The notes under the pieces: model-generated
Told to the model about the DNA's origin: nothing
What the model saw: the letters and a program-made list of their open reading frames with translations, nothing else
The model's database searches: none
Made by a program: the position numbers and the translations under genes
DNA from: an uncultured delta proteobacterium
GTDB taxonomy: Bacteria > Myxococcota_A > Polyangia > Polyangiales > B10-G4
Reading direction: 5' to 3'
NCBI GenBank assembly: GCA_963727445.1
Contig: CAVSGI010000010.1
Coordinates: 864,001-928,000 of the forward strand
DNA length: 64,000 nt
Part shown: positions 10,510 to 22,587 of the stretch, piece after piece
Layout: each line of letters opens with the position of its first letter
Position numbering within the stretch: position 1 is the first letter of the stretch

Positions 10510-10902
10510 GTGACTCACGTGACCCACCGGGGCGGCTGCCATTGCGGGGCCGTTCGATTCGAGGTCGAGGCGCCCGCGCGCTTCGAGAGCCACGCCTGCA
10601 ACTGCTCGCGCTGCGAGATGATCGGCTTTCGGCATCTGATCGTGCCCAAGTCCCGCTTCCGCCTCCTCACCGACGAGCCCGCGCTCACCGAGTACCGTTT
10701 CGGGACCCAGGTCGCGCGCCACCTCTTCTGCGCCACCTGCGGCGTCCAGTCCTTCTACGTGCCGCGCAGCAACCCCGACGGCATCAGCGTCAACACCCGC
10801 TGCCTCGCCCGGGAGACGATCGAAGAAGAGCGTGTCGTGCCCTTCGACGGACAGAACTGGGAGAAGAACGCCGGCGCGCTCGCTCACCTCTCGGAAGGCT
10901 GA
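10510..10902 (+). CDS. GFA/CENP-V family zinc protein
   Basis: GGCHCGAVRF, CNCSRC and FCATCG motifs. Confidence 0.92.
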   Translation: MTHVTHRGGCHCGAVRFEVEAPARFESHACNCSRCEMIGFRHLIVPKSRFRLLTDEPALTEYRFGTQVARHLFCATCGVQSFYVPRSNPDGISVNTRCLARETIEEERVVPFDGQNWEKNAGALAHLSEG

Positions 10903-10908
10903 TCCTGG

Positions 10909-12708
10909 TCAACGCCCCACCGTGGGGTCGGGCACGGGGAGGTCGCTCGAGTCGAGGTTGGTGCCGTTGTCTCGAAAGTAGACACCGTCGGTGAGACGGT
11001 TCACGTCGTAGCCCGGCACCTGGATGTTCACCCCGACCGGGTTGGACTCGACGACGCCCTCGCTGAGGTCGACCTGACCGTCGGCGACGATCTGAACGCC
11101 GGCGAGGGCGCTCTGGCGGATGACGAAGTGATCGAGCGTGAGGCGCGCGGCGAGATAGGCGCCGACACCGACCCCCGCCGTGCCGCACGACTCGCAGGTG
11201 CGCTCCAGCGTATCCTCGACCGTGAGGTGCGAGAGCTGGACCATCGTGCCTTCGGTCGCCGACACCACCGAAGCCTCGTGACTTCCACGCGCCACCACCC
11301 GGATGCCCGTCACGGACGCGCCACTCTGTACCTGGAGCGCGCGACCGAAGGTCCCGTCGGGATCCGGCGCGGTGTCCGTGACGGTGACGTCCTGAAGGTC
11401 GAGCGCGGTGCCGGACACCGTGGCGAGGATCGACACGCCCGTGGATCGCGCCAGCCACACGCGCCTCAGCGTGCCAGTCGCGCCGTTACCCAGCTCGACG
11501 GCGTGGCCCGACGCGTCGCTCGTCGCACCGACTGTGTCTTCGATGACCACGTCGGTCATCGTCAGGGCGCCGCCCGCGTCGGCCACCGCCGCGGCGAGGG
11601 TCCGATACCGATCGACGTGAACCCGCGTCATCGAGAGGCTCCCGCCCTCGAAAGCGGCGATGGAGCCGACCAGGGTGTTCACGCCCAGGGGAGGCCCCCG
11701 CACCAGGCAGTCCGTGAGCGCGAGGGACGTCCCCGTCGCGATCAGCGTGCCTGGTCCGAGGAAGGCCATGCGCTCGAAACGGGTGCCCTCTCCCTCCGCC
11801 GCGAAGTAGTGTTGCCCATCCCCGTCGCGGACGACGAGCCCGTCGGTCATCGTCGCGCTGGCAAAGGACGTTCGAAGTGAGTCGTTCACCGCATCGAGGA
11901 CCACGAAGTGGTCGAGCTGGATGGAGGAGTCGTTCGACACACCGATCCCGGTATCGCCGGGGGATGCGATCTTGAGGCGCGAGGCCGTGAGGTCGCCCTG
12001 GAGCACGCTGAGCGCCGTGTTGTCGATGCCGTCGATCACGACACCCGACATGTCCACGGTGCTCTCGCGAACGGCCATCCCTTGTCGCGAGCCAGTGACC
12101 CTGATGTTGCGGAGGGTCACGTCCGCACGGACGATCTCGACCGTCGGCAGGATGTCGTCCGAGGAGAAGCGCACCCCCGTGCAGGCGCCCAGGATGGTCA
12201 CGGCCCCCTCGACCCGGATGGGTCCGTAGTCTCCGGGGGCGACGGCGATGGTGCCAGCATCGGGAACCACCGCGAGTGCGTCGCTCACCTCGGTGAAGGG
12301 AGCCATTCGGCTTCCGTCTCCGCCGGGCGGGGCCGCTGCATCGACGAAGACCACGTCGGTGCCCGGGAGATCGGGTGGAAAGCCAGCGGTGGGACAGGGA
12401 TCGCCCACCAGCGCACAGCCGTCCGTTCCGACGAAGTGGGCCTCCTCGGCGCCGCAGTCCTCCGGCCCGTCACCGGCATAAGGGGCGCAGGTGGAAGGAG
12501 AGCCATCGGTGCCGCTCACCTCCGTCCACCCCTCGGGGCATGGCGTGAGCATCGGGAGGGCGGCGGGGTCGACCGTGGGCAGGGGGATCGCGGTGTCGGC
12601 CGTCGCGTCGGCGGCGTCGGCGTCGGCATCGGGCCCGGAGTCGACGGGCGACGCGTCGTCTCCGCAAGCCCACAGAGAGAGCATGGCGAGAGCCACGACC
12701 AGCCTCAT
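10909..12708 (-). CDS. right-handed beta-helix lipoprotein (paralog 3)
   Basis: Lipobox LWAC; GGDGSxxxPF motif (DUF1565-like); beta-helix periodicity; ATG overlaps the upstream stop. Confidence 0.8.
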   Translation of the reverse strand: MRLVVALAMLSLWACGDDASPVDSGPDADADAADATADTAIPLPTVDPAALPMLTPCPEGWTEVSGTDGSPSTCAPYAGDGPEDCGAEEAHFVGTDGCALVGDPCPTAGFPPDLPGTDVVFVDAAAPPGGDGSRMAPFTEVSDALAVVPDAGTIAVAPGDYGPIRVEGAVTILGACTGVRFSSDDILPTVEIVRADVTLRNIRVTGSRQGMAVRESTVDMSGVVIDGIDNTALSVLQGDLTASRLKIASPGDTGIGVSNDSSIQLDHFVVLDAVNDSLRTSFASATMTDGLVVRDGDGQHYFAAEGEGTRFERMAFLGPGTLIATGTSLALTDCLVRGPPLGVNTLVGSIAAFEGGSLSMTRVHVDRYRTLAAAVADAGGALTMTDVVIEDTVGATSDASGHAVELGNGATGTLRRVWLARSTGVSILATVSGTALDLQDVTVTDTAPDPDGTFGRALQVQSGASVTGIRVVARGSHEASVVSATEGTMVQLSHLTVEDTLERTCESCGTAGVGVGAYLAARLTLDHFVIRQSALAGVQIVADGQVDLSEGVVESNPVGVNIQVPGYDVNRLTDGVYFRDNGTNLDSSDLPVPDPTVGR

Positions 12709-14552
12709 GGCGTGCTCACCGAGGCGGTGGGGTCGGGCACCGGCAGCTCGGCCGCGTCCAGGTTCACGCCGTTGTCCCGGTAGACGACCTCGTCCGAGAG
12801 TCGGTCGAAGTCGTATCCGTCGACCTGAACGTTGACCCCGATGGGCCCGCTGCTCACCTCGCCGTGATGAAGGTCGATCTGGCCTCCCTCCGCGAGCTGA
12901 AGACCGGCGAGCGCGCTGCGGGTGATCCGAAAGTCTCGGACCGTCACCGCGGCGCCGAGATAGCTTCCGATGCCGATGCCTGCACTCGAGCAGGTCGCCG
13001 GCGCGCATGGGCGGTCTTGGGTGTCCTCCACCAAAAGCCCCCGCACGTCGAGCACCGTCGTCTCGGAAGCGCCGACCACCGCGGCTTCGTGGCTACCCGT
13101 CGCCGCGAAACGCTCGACCATCACGTGGGCCCCTTGCTGTACCTGGAGCGCACGACCGAAGGTGCCGACCTCGACGGGAAGCGTGCCGTCCACCCGAACG
13201 TCGACGAGCGTCATCGTCGTCCCGAGGTCATTGGCCAGGATGCCCACGCCGTTGGTCCGGACGAACTGGACGCGCTCGAGCGACGCGGTAGCGCCCGCGC
13301 CGCACTCCACCCCCTGCCCCCGTCCGATGGACGGCGAGGGCACGACGTCGCGGATCACCGCGTCCCGGAGCGTGGCGCTGCTGCCGCTGTCGGCGATGCC
13401 GAGGCCCTGGAAACCGGGCGCTTCGAGTCGCACGCGATCCGCGGTCAGGCTCCCCCCGTCACTCACGAAGAATCCGGTCCCCTCGGCGGACCCGGTCAAG
13501 TCGTAAGTGGCGACGACATCCTCGAGCGTCAGGGCCGACTCCGAGACCACGAAGGACTCCTCTCCCAGCGCCTCCAGCGATGCCCGCGACAGACGAATCG
13601 AAGCGCCGGACACGGCGACCAGTACCGAGCTCGCCTCCCCGCCGGCCGTCGCGATACGGCGCGCCACGAGATCCTCGATGTCGACGTTGCCGCCCGTGCC
13701 CAGGATCAACCCGCCCTGAGAGTCGGCGACCATCGTGCGGCGCACCGTGATCTCGGAGGAGGCAGAGGCATCGAAGACGACGTCCCGCACGCCGCGTACG
13801 ACTGCGTCCGTGATGGTCAGTGAAGCGTCCGTTCCGTAGGCGACGAAGGCGGTGGTGGCCTGGTCGATCACCAGCGACTCGCCCACGACGGTCGATCCGT
13901 CGAAGCCCCAGACCGCCTGCGCGGTGTTCGTGATCGTCAGGTTGCGAATCGTCGCCGCTGCGCGAATGACCGTCACACCGATGCCGCCCATCGCATCGAG
14001 AACGACGTCGGTGCAGGCGCCCCACAGGGTCACGTCGCGCTCGATGCGCAGGGCGCCCGAATAGGCACCTGACGCGATGGCGACGATCCCGCCGTCGGGT
14101 GCCGCCGCGACTCCGTCCTGGATCGTGGCGAAGGGCGCTGCCGCACTGCCGTCACCACCCATCGCGCCCGCTTCGACGTAGACGACCGGCATCCCGACCG
14201 GCAAATCGGTGGGGAAGCCGCCCGCGGGACACGCAGGGCCCACGCGCCGGCAGGCGTCATCCCCGGGGAGCTGCACCATGCCGTCGGCACAGACGGCGGG
14301 GCCCGAAGCAGGCCACGGCTCACACACCGTGAGCCCGTCCGCGTCGCTCGCGAGGACCCATCCTTCGGGACAGGGCGTGAACACGGGCGGCGCGGGCGAC
14401 GGCGGCTCGAAGCCCACCGCGGTGTCGGCCGCGTCGGCGGCGTCGGGCGTGATCGCGTCGACGGTGGCGTCGGGCGGAGGGTCGGAAGCCGGATCGCACG
14501 CGGCCGTCAGCAACAGCAGAGCCAGGCGGCCACGGTACGGCGACTGGCTCAC
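12705..14552 (-). CDS. right-handed beta-helix lipoprotein (paralog 2)
   Basis: Lipobox LTAAC; shares TPCPEGW, GGDGS..PF, GTFGRALQVQ and C-terminal YRDNGVNLD with its neighbours. Confidence 0.8.
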   Translation of the reverse strand: MSQSPYRGRLALLLLTAACDPASDPPPDATVDAITPDAADAADTAVGFEPPSPAPPVFTPCPEGWVLASDADGLTVCEPWPASGPAVCADGMVQLPGDDACRRVGPACPAGGFPTDLPVGMPVVYVEAGAMGGDGSAAAPFATIQDGVAAAPDGGIVAIASGAYSGALRIERDVTLWGACTDVVLDAMGGIGVTVIRAAATIRNLTITNTAQAVWGFDGSTVVGESLVIDQATTAFVAYGTDASLTITDAVVRGVRDVVFDASASSEITVRRTMVADSQGGLILGTGGNVDIEDLVARRIATAGGEASSVLVAVSGASIRLSRASLEALGEESFVVSESALTLEDVVATYDLTGSAEGTGFFVSDGGSLTADRVRLEAPGFQGLGIADSGSSATLRDAVIRDVVPSPSIGRGQGVECGAGATASLERVQFVRTNGVGILANDLGTTMTLVDVRVDGTLPVEVGTFGRALQVQQGAHVMVERFAATGSHEAAVVGASETTVLDVRGLLVEDTQDRPCAPATCSSAGIGIGSYLGAAVTVRDFRITRSALAGLQLAEGGQIDLHHGEVSSGPIGVNVQVDGYDFDRLSDEVVYRDNGVNLDAAELPVPDPTASVSTP

Positions 14553-16417
14553 GGGCGCGTCACCTCGGGGTCGGGCAGGGGCAGCTCCTCGGCGTCGAGG
14601 TTCACGCCATTGTCCCGGTAGACCACCCTCGACATCAGACGACCGAGATCATACCCGGGCACCTGCACGTTGGCGCCGACCGGATTCGACTCGACCGTTC
14701 CTTCGCTGAGATCGAGCTCCCCGCCGGATGCGAGCTGAATACCGGCGAGGAAGCTCTCGGCGATTCGGAAGCGGGTGAGGGTCGCGCCCCCTCCCTCGTA
14801 GAGGCCGATGCCCACGCCGCCGGTCGCGCACGCGCCGCCTTCGGCAGAGCACCGGCGTTGATCGGTGCCGGTGATGGACAGGCTCTCGGCATCGAGGCTC
14901 GCACCGGCAGTGGACACCACGATCCCGGCCTCGAGATTGTCGCGGAGGTCGCCGCGCCTCAGGGTCATGGTGGCCTGGTTCTGGACCTGCAACGCGCGTC
15001 CGAAGGTCCCCACGGTGTTGGGAGCTGTCTCGACGATGGTCAGATCGCTCGCGTCGATGGACGTGTCGGCGCCGTCGGCGAGGATCCCCAGGACCGTCGC
15101 GCGCGCGATGTAGACGCGCTCCAGCGTCGCAGTGGTGCCCGCTGCCACCTCGATGCCGTGCCCGGGGTCGGCGCCATCGGGGAGGCTGTCCACCACGATC
15201 AGGTCGCGTGCGGTGAGGCGAGTCTCGACCGCCGCCACCACCGCTCCCCCGCGAAGCTCCGCGGCGTAGACGCGCTCGAGGGTCAGGGCGCCGGCCGGAC
15301 CGATCGAGCCGAGGCCGCTGAGCGGGGCCGGCTGATCACGAGGGGGACCGCTGATGTGTGCGTCCAGGAGGGAGCAGTCGGACCCGTCGGCGCAGAGGAG
15401 AGGCTCGCCGAACCCCTCAGCGATTGTCGCCCGCTCGAGACGGATCACGGTGTCGCCGTTGCCGAAGATTCCGATGCCGGTGGCCGTCGGCAGGCCGTAG
15501 CGCAGCAGCGCGAAGTCGTGCGCCTCGACCGTCGACGAGGTGATGTTCAGCCCGGTCTGGGTCGCACCGACGATCGTCGTGCGGCGCGCCGTGAGCGACG
15601 AGCTCGTGAGTGCGAAGCCGTCGTCGACCGGGCCCCGAATCACTACGGAGTCGGCGGTGACCGTCGAGCCGGTGAGAATGGACAGGGACGCGAGTTGGTG
15701 CATCGCGCCCGAGGCGAGATTCACGGATGTGAGTGAGACCGTCGCCTCGGAGATGCTCAGGCCCTGGGTGCCGCCTACGATCCGCATCGCGGTGAGGGAA
15801 GAGGTGGTGCGCCGGAGCGTCATCGCCGGCTCTCGTTCGTCGGTTTGGACGATCGATTCGGTGCAGGCCCCGACGAAGGCCAGATCCTTGCCGTCGACGG
15901 TGACGCCACCGGCATGCGTACCGGCGGCGAGCGCGATGGTCGCAGTCGAGGGCGCCGCTTCGATCGCGTCGGCGAGCGAGGTGAAGGGTGAGGCCCGGGA
16001 CCCATCGCCTCCCGGGGTGGCGCCCGGCCGAACGTAGAGGACCGCGGAGGTGGTCGGGAGGTCGACTGGCCAACCATCCGCAGGACAGGGTGGGCCGATC
16101 TCCGCGCAACCCTCCTCGCCTACGAAGACGGCCTGCCCGGGTGGGCAATCGCCGGGGGGCGGCGCGGGGAATGGATCGCAGTACGTTGGCGATGCCTCGG
16201 TCGCCTCGACCTCCGCCCATCCCTCTGGACAGGGGGTGAGCATCGGTGGCGCCGCCGGCTCGGGGGCCTGCACCAGCGGCCCGGTGTCCATCGGCGCATC
16301 GACGGCCGCATCGACCGAACCCGTATCGGTGGGCTCCCCGTCGTCACCGCATCCGACCCAGAGGACGACGAGCACCCGAGCCAGGTGCCGCGGCCCCGTG
16401 CCCACCCGCACCCGCAT
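14549..16417 (-). CDS. right-handed beta-helix lipoprotein (paralog 1)
   Basis: Lipobox WVGC; same conserved blocks as the two downstream paralogs. Confidence 0.8.
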   Translation of the reverse strand: MRVRVGTGPRHLARVLVVLWVGCGDDGEPTDTGSVDAAVDAPMDTGPLVQAPEPAAPPMLTPCPEGWAEVEATEASPTYCDPFPAPPPGDCPPGQAVFVGEEGCAEIGPPCPADGWPVDLPTTSAVLYVRPGATPGGDGSRASPFTSLADAIEAAPSTATIALAAGTHAGGVTVDGKDLAFVGACTESIVQTDEREPAMTLRRTTSSLTAMRIVGGTQGLSISEATVSLTSVNLASGAMHQLASLSILTGSTVTADSVVIRGPVDDGFALTSSSLTARRTTIVGATQTGLNITSSTVEAHDFALLRYGLPTATGIGIFGNGDTVIRLERATIAEGFGEPLLCADGSDCSLLDAHISGPPRDQPAPLSGLGSIGPAGALTLERVYAAELRGGAVVAAVETRLTARDLIVVDSLPDGADPGHGIEVAAGTTATLERVYIARATVLGILADGADTSIDASDLTIVETAPNTVGTFGRALQVQNQATMTLRRGDLRDNLEAGIVVSTAGASLDAESLSITGTDQRRCSAEGGACATGGVGIGLYEGGGATLTRFRIAESFLAGIQLASGGELDLSEGTVESNPVGANVQVPGYDLGRLMSRVVYRDNGVNLDAEELPLPDPEVTRP

Positions 16418-16456
16418 CGAAACAGCATACAGGGTCGCGCGCACGCCGCGAAGGCG

Positions 16457-18439
<1,983 letters not shown>

Positions 18440-18440
18440 C

Positions 18441-20069
18441 TCAATGCCTGAAGACGCCCCACTCGGTGGTCCCGCGGACCTTCCGGTTGTAGGCGGCCGA
18501 AAGAGAGAGCGCGACCACGGTGCGCGTGTCCCGTGGATCGATGATGCCGTCGTCCCAGACCCTTGCGGTCGCGAAGAGCGCCTGGGACTCGGCGTCGATC
18601 TGCCCTTCGATCATCTGCTTCATGACCGCGAGCTTCTGCTCGTCGACCTCGCGTCCTTTGTTCGCCGCGGACTGTCGCTGAATGATGTCGAGCACGCCGG
18701 CGAGCTGCTTGCCGCCCATCACCGCGATGCGGTGGTTCGGCCAGGTGAAGAGGAAGCGCGGCTCGTAGGCACGCCCGCTCATCGCGTAGTTGCCCGCGCC
18801 GTAGCTCGCGCCGGTCATGATGGTGATCGCCGGGACGGTGCTGTTGGAGACGGCGTTGATCATCTTGGCGCCGGCGCGAATGATCCCCTCCTGCTCGTAC
18901 TTCTTGCCGACCATGAAGCCGGTGATGTTCTGCAGGTAGAGGAGCGGACAATCGACCTGATTGCAGAGCTGGATGAACTGCGCGCCCTTCTCGGCGGAGT
19001 CGCTGAAGAGGATGCCGTTGTTGGCGAGGATTCCGACGGGGAAGCCGTGGATGTGGGCCCATCCGCAGACCAGGGTCTTGCCGTAGCCCGCCTTGAACTC
19101 GCTGAAGCGCGACCCGTCGACGATGCGCGCGATCACCTCGCGGCTGTCGTAGGGAACGCGAATGTCGTTCTCGGCGATGCCGAGCAGCTCTTCGGCGTCG
19201 TAGAGCGGCTCCTCCACCGGTCGCGGCGTGGGGGCGCTGGGCTTTCGCCAGTCGAAGTGCGCCACGATCTCGCGGGCGATGCGGATCGAGTCGACCTCGT
19301 CCTGGGCGAGGTAGTCGGAGACGCCGCTCACCGTCGAGTGCATCTCGGCGCCGCCGAGCTCCTCGTGGCTGGACTCCTCGCCAGTCGCCATCTTCACCAG
19401 CGGTGGGCCCGCGAGATAGACCTGCGCCTGCTCCTTCACCATGACCACGTAGTCGCTCATCCCCGGCAGGTAGGCGCCGCCAGCGGTGGAGGAGCCGAAG
19501 ACCACGCAGATCGTCGGTAAGCGCGCCTTGCTCCGGCGGGTCAGGTCGCGAAAGCCCTGGCCGCCCGGAACGAAGATCTTCGATTGGTTCGGCAGGTCCG
19601 CGCCCGCCGATTCGATGAGGCTGATCGCGGGCAGGTGGTTCTGCTCGGCGACCTCCGCGAGGCGCCCGCTCTTCACCAGGGAGATGGGCGTCACAGCGCC
19701 GCCCTTCACCGTCGCTTCGGAGGCGCTGATCAGGCACTCGACGCCGGAGACCAGGCCGACGCCGCCGATCACCGACGCGCCGCTCACCTCGCCGGGCATG
19801 AGGTGACCGGCGAGAGAGCCGATCTCCAGGAACCACGAGTCGCGATCGAGGAGAAGCTCGATGCGCTCGCGGGGGAGCAGCTTGCCCCGCTCCTTGTGAC
19901 GCTTGGTGTACTTCTCCCCACCGCCCTCGCGCGCCTTGGCGAGCGCAGCGGCGAGCACCTCGAGGTCAGCGAGGTTCTTGTCGCGATTGGCCCGATACTC
20001 CTCGGCGCGCGGGTCCACCTTGGTGCGGAGGACGGCGAAAGGCTGCTCCCAGGAGATCGGGCGAACCAT
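18441..20069 (-). CDS. acyl-CoA carboxylase beta subunit (carboxyltransferase)
   Basis: [30 protein letters not shown] and DDGIIDP motifs. Confidence 0.95.
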   Translation of the reverse strand: MVRPISWEQPFAVLRTKVDPRAEEYRANRDKNLADLEVLAAALAKAREGGGEKYTKRHKERGKLLPRERIELLLDRDSWFLEIGSLAGHLMPGEVSGASVIGGVGLVSGVECLISASEATVKGGAVTPISLVKSGRLAEVAEQNHLPAISLIESAGADLPNQSKIFVPGGQGFRDLTRRSKARLPTICVVFGSSTAGGAYLPGMSDYVVMVKEQAQVYLAGPPLVKMATGEESSHEELGGAEMHSTVSGVSDYLAQDEVDSIRIAREIVAHFDWRKPSAPTPRPVEEPLYDAEELLGIAENDIRVPYDSREVIARIVDGSRFSEFKAGYGKTLVCGWAHIHGFPVGILANNGILFSDSAEKGAQFIQLCNQVDCPLLYLQNITGFMVGKKYEQEGIIRAGAKMINAVSNSTVPAITIMTGASYGAGNYAMSGRAYEPRFLFTWPNHRIAVMGGKQLAGVLDIIQRQSAANKGREVDEQKLAVMKQMIEGQIDAESQALFATARVWDDGIIDPRDTRTVVALSLSAAYNRKVRGTTEWGVFRH

Positions 20070-20125
20070 CGGGCGGCATCCTAGAGGCGCCTACCCGATG
20101 CGTCTACGCCAAATTGAATGGCGAT

Positions 20126-21049
20126 TCAGATCAGCTCGACGGGCGCGCAGGTCGACACGCCCGCACCGACGACGCGAAGGCCGGTGTTGGCGATGACCTG
20201 CGTCACGGTGCCGTCCGGGTCGACGCGCCACACGTTCGTCGAGGGATCGAGGAGCGCCTGATAGAAGACGTAGAAGCGGCCGCCCCAGAACGCGAAGGCC
20301 CACGCGCTCGGCGGAGTGGAGCCGAGCTCGGCGAGCTGGTGGCTGGTGATGGTGACCCCGCTCGACTTGTCGAGCTGGCGGACAGAGGGCGGCATGGTGT
20401 CGGGGAAGAAGCCCCAGAGCTCGCCGCTGCCCGTGCCGGTGAGCTCGGGCCAGCCGGGGAGCGTGCCGCGTGTGCCCAGAGCCAGGGTGCTCTTGTCGAT
20501 GAAGGCGAGGGTCGATGTGCCGCTGGCGATGCTGCTCTCGCGGCCCCCTGCGACGAAGAGTGTCTCCGCCGAGCTTCCCTCGGCGTCGGCGACGAAGCCC
20601 ATGCCGAAGAGCTCGAGGCCGTCCTGATCCGGCGTGTAGCTGCTGGCGGTGCAGCTCGCGTCGGTGGTCGACACGAAATAGAGGTTGTGATCCTGATGAA
20701 GGACCCACGCCTGCCCGTTGCGATCGACCGACATGGAGAAGGGCGTCGCGCCGCCTGAGGGGCAGTCCAGCGTGCCGATCGGAGTGATGCTCAGGTCGTC
20801 GGGTTGAAAGCGCAGGAGCGTGCGGTCGGAGTCGACGAGGTAGACCCATCGCGCCGAGGCGGCACAGTCGCCACCGCCGCCGCCCCCATCTCCCAGCATC
20901 GCGCCATCACGGGGCATGGCGGTGCTGTCGCGATCGAATGCGCTGTCACCGACGGCACCGTCGCCGACGATGCGGCGCCCATCATCACCACAAGCGGCGA
21001 GCGTGGTGGCGAGGAGGAGCGCGAGGACGAAGGTTCGAAGCGAGGCCAT
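20126..21049 (-). CDS. lipoprotein, probable beta-propeller, function unknown
   Basis: Lipobox LAAC-GDD, Asp/Gly linker, MSVDRNG and WAFAFWGG blocks, C-terminal VGAGVSTCAP. Confidence 0.75.
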   Translation of the reverse strand: MASLRTFVLALLLATTLAACGDDGRRIVGDGAVGDSAFDRDSTAMPRDGAMLGDGGGGGGDCAASARWVYLVDSDRTLLRFQPDDLSITPIGTLDCPSGGATPFSMSVDRNGQAWVLHQDHNLYFVSTTDASCTASSYTPDQDGLELFGMGFVADAEGSSAETLFVAGGRESSIASGTSTLAFIDKSTLALGTRGTLPGWPELTGTGSGELWGFFPDTMPPSVRQLDKSSGVTITSHQLAELGSTPPSAWAFAFWGGRFYVFYQALLDPSTNVWRVDPDGTVTQVIANTGLRVVGAGVSTCAPVELI

Positions 21050-21076
21050 GAGAGCAGTGTGACACACGGCCGGCGT

Positions 21077-22570
21077 CTACTCGAACGCGTTGACCGGCGG
21101 ACGCTTGTCCGCCCAGGGGTGCGCTTCTTCGAGCTGCGCGGCGAGGCTGAAGAGCATGGCGTCCTCGGCGAAGCGACCGGTGAGCATGGTCCCGATGGGC
21201 AGCCCCTCCTCGTTCCAGTAGAGGGGGACGTTCATCGAAGGTTGGCCGGTCACGTTCGCGTAGGGCGTGAAGGGGATGAAGTCGTAGACGTCCTCGGCGA
21301 GCTTTTCGACCAGGCCGGGAAGACGGAGCACGGGGCGCAGATTGCCGGCGACCACCGCACTCTGGAGGTGCTTCTCGAAGCCGTGGGGCTTCAGGCTCCC
21401 GACCCGGGGCGGCGGCTGGCCGCAGGTCGGCGTGAGGAGCACGTCGTACTCCTCGAAGAAAGGCGCGGTCTCACGCGCCATGGTCTTGAGGCTCTCGAGC
21501 GCGATCGCGAACGCTCCCGCGCTGGTCTCGCGGCCCATCATCGCCACCAGCCAGGTCGTGGTCTCGACGTCGTGCCGCGTCGCCTCGCGGCCCACCTTCG
21601 CCTTTCCGAGCACCATGTCCGCCGCGACCGCACCGGCGATGACGGTGAGGAAGTTCTGCGCGAAGAAGTGCGCGTCCACCGCGGGACGCGCCTCCTCGAC
21701 TTCGTGCCCCAGGTCGGCGAGCACCTTCGCCATTTCGTCCACCGCGCGAACGCAGTCGCGATGCACGTTGGAGGGAAGCAACGGGTCGGTGGTAAACGCG
21801 ACCTTGAGCTTCCCCGGCGGGCGCTGGGTCGCCGACAAGAACGACTCCGTCACGGGAGGCGGCGCGTACCAATTGCCGACCTCGGGACCGGTGACCGCGT
21901 CGAGCATCGCCGCGCTGTCGCGCACCGAGCGGGTCAGGACGTGCTGGATGGCGAAGCCGAACCAGTTGTCGGAGGAGTCGGGGCCCGCCGGCACGCGGGC
22001 ACGGGTCGGCTTGATCCCGAAGATGCCGCAGCACGCGGAGGGGATGCGGATGGATCCGCCTCCGTCGCCGCCGTGGGCGGCGGGCACGATCCCCGCGGCG
22101 ACCGCCGCACCCGCGCCCCCGCTCGAACCGCCCGAGTTGTGGCCGATCTTCCACGGCGTATGCGTCGGCCCGTGGAGCTCCGGCTCGGTGAAGGGCACCA
22201 GACCCAGCTCGGGGGTGTTGGTCTTACCGATGGTGATGAGACCCGCGCGCTTGTAGCGCTTCACCAGCTCGGAGTCGTGATCGGGCACGTAGGACTGGAA
22301 GTAGCGGCTGCCGCCGGTGAGCTTCACGCCTTCGTAGGCCGCGAGCAGATCCTTGAGGAGGAAGGGCACGCCCCGGAACGGACCGTCGGGGATGTCTCGC
22401 TTGGCCGCCTCGCGCGCGAGCTCGTACATGGGAATGACGACCGAGTTGAGACGGCCGTTGACCTTCTCGATGCGCGCGATGGCGTCGTCGACGAGCTCGA
22501 GGGGAGTGACCTCGCCCTTGTGGACGAGCTCGGCGAGGCCGAGAGCGTCGTACTCAGCGGTGGAAGACAT
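21077..22570 (-). CDS. amidase-signature family amidase
   Basis: GVPFLLKD, GKTNTPE, GGSSGG and DGGGSIRIP motifs. Confidence 0.95.
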   Translation of the reverse strand: MSSTAEYDALGLAELVHKGEVTPLELVDDAIARIEKVNGRLNSVVIPMYELAREAAKRDIPDGPFRGVPFLLKDLLAAYEGVKLTGGSRYFQSYVPDHDSELVKRYKRAGLITIGKTNTPELGLVPFTEPELHGPTHTPWKIGHNSGGSSGGAGAAVAAGIVPAAHGGDGGGSIRIPSACCGIFGIKPTRARVPAGPDSSDNWFGFAIQHVLTRSVRDSAAMLDAVTGPEVGNWYAPPPVTESFLSATQRPPGKLKVAFTTDPLLPSNVHRDCVRAVDEMAKVLADLGHEVEEARPAVDAHFFAQNFLTVIAGAVAADMVLGKAKVGREATRHDVETTTWLVAMMGRETSAGAFAIALESLKTMARETAPFFEEYDVLLTPTCGQPPPRVGSLKPHGFEKHLQSAVVAGNLRPVLRLPGLVEKLAEDVYDFIPFTPYANVTGQPSMNVPLYWNEEGLPIGTMLTGRFAEDAMLFSLAAQLEEAHPWADKRPPVNAFE

Positions 22571-22587
22571 GGCCCTGTGTACCGGAC

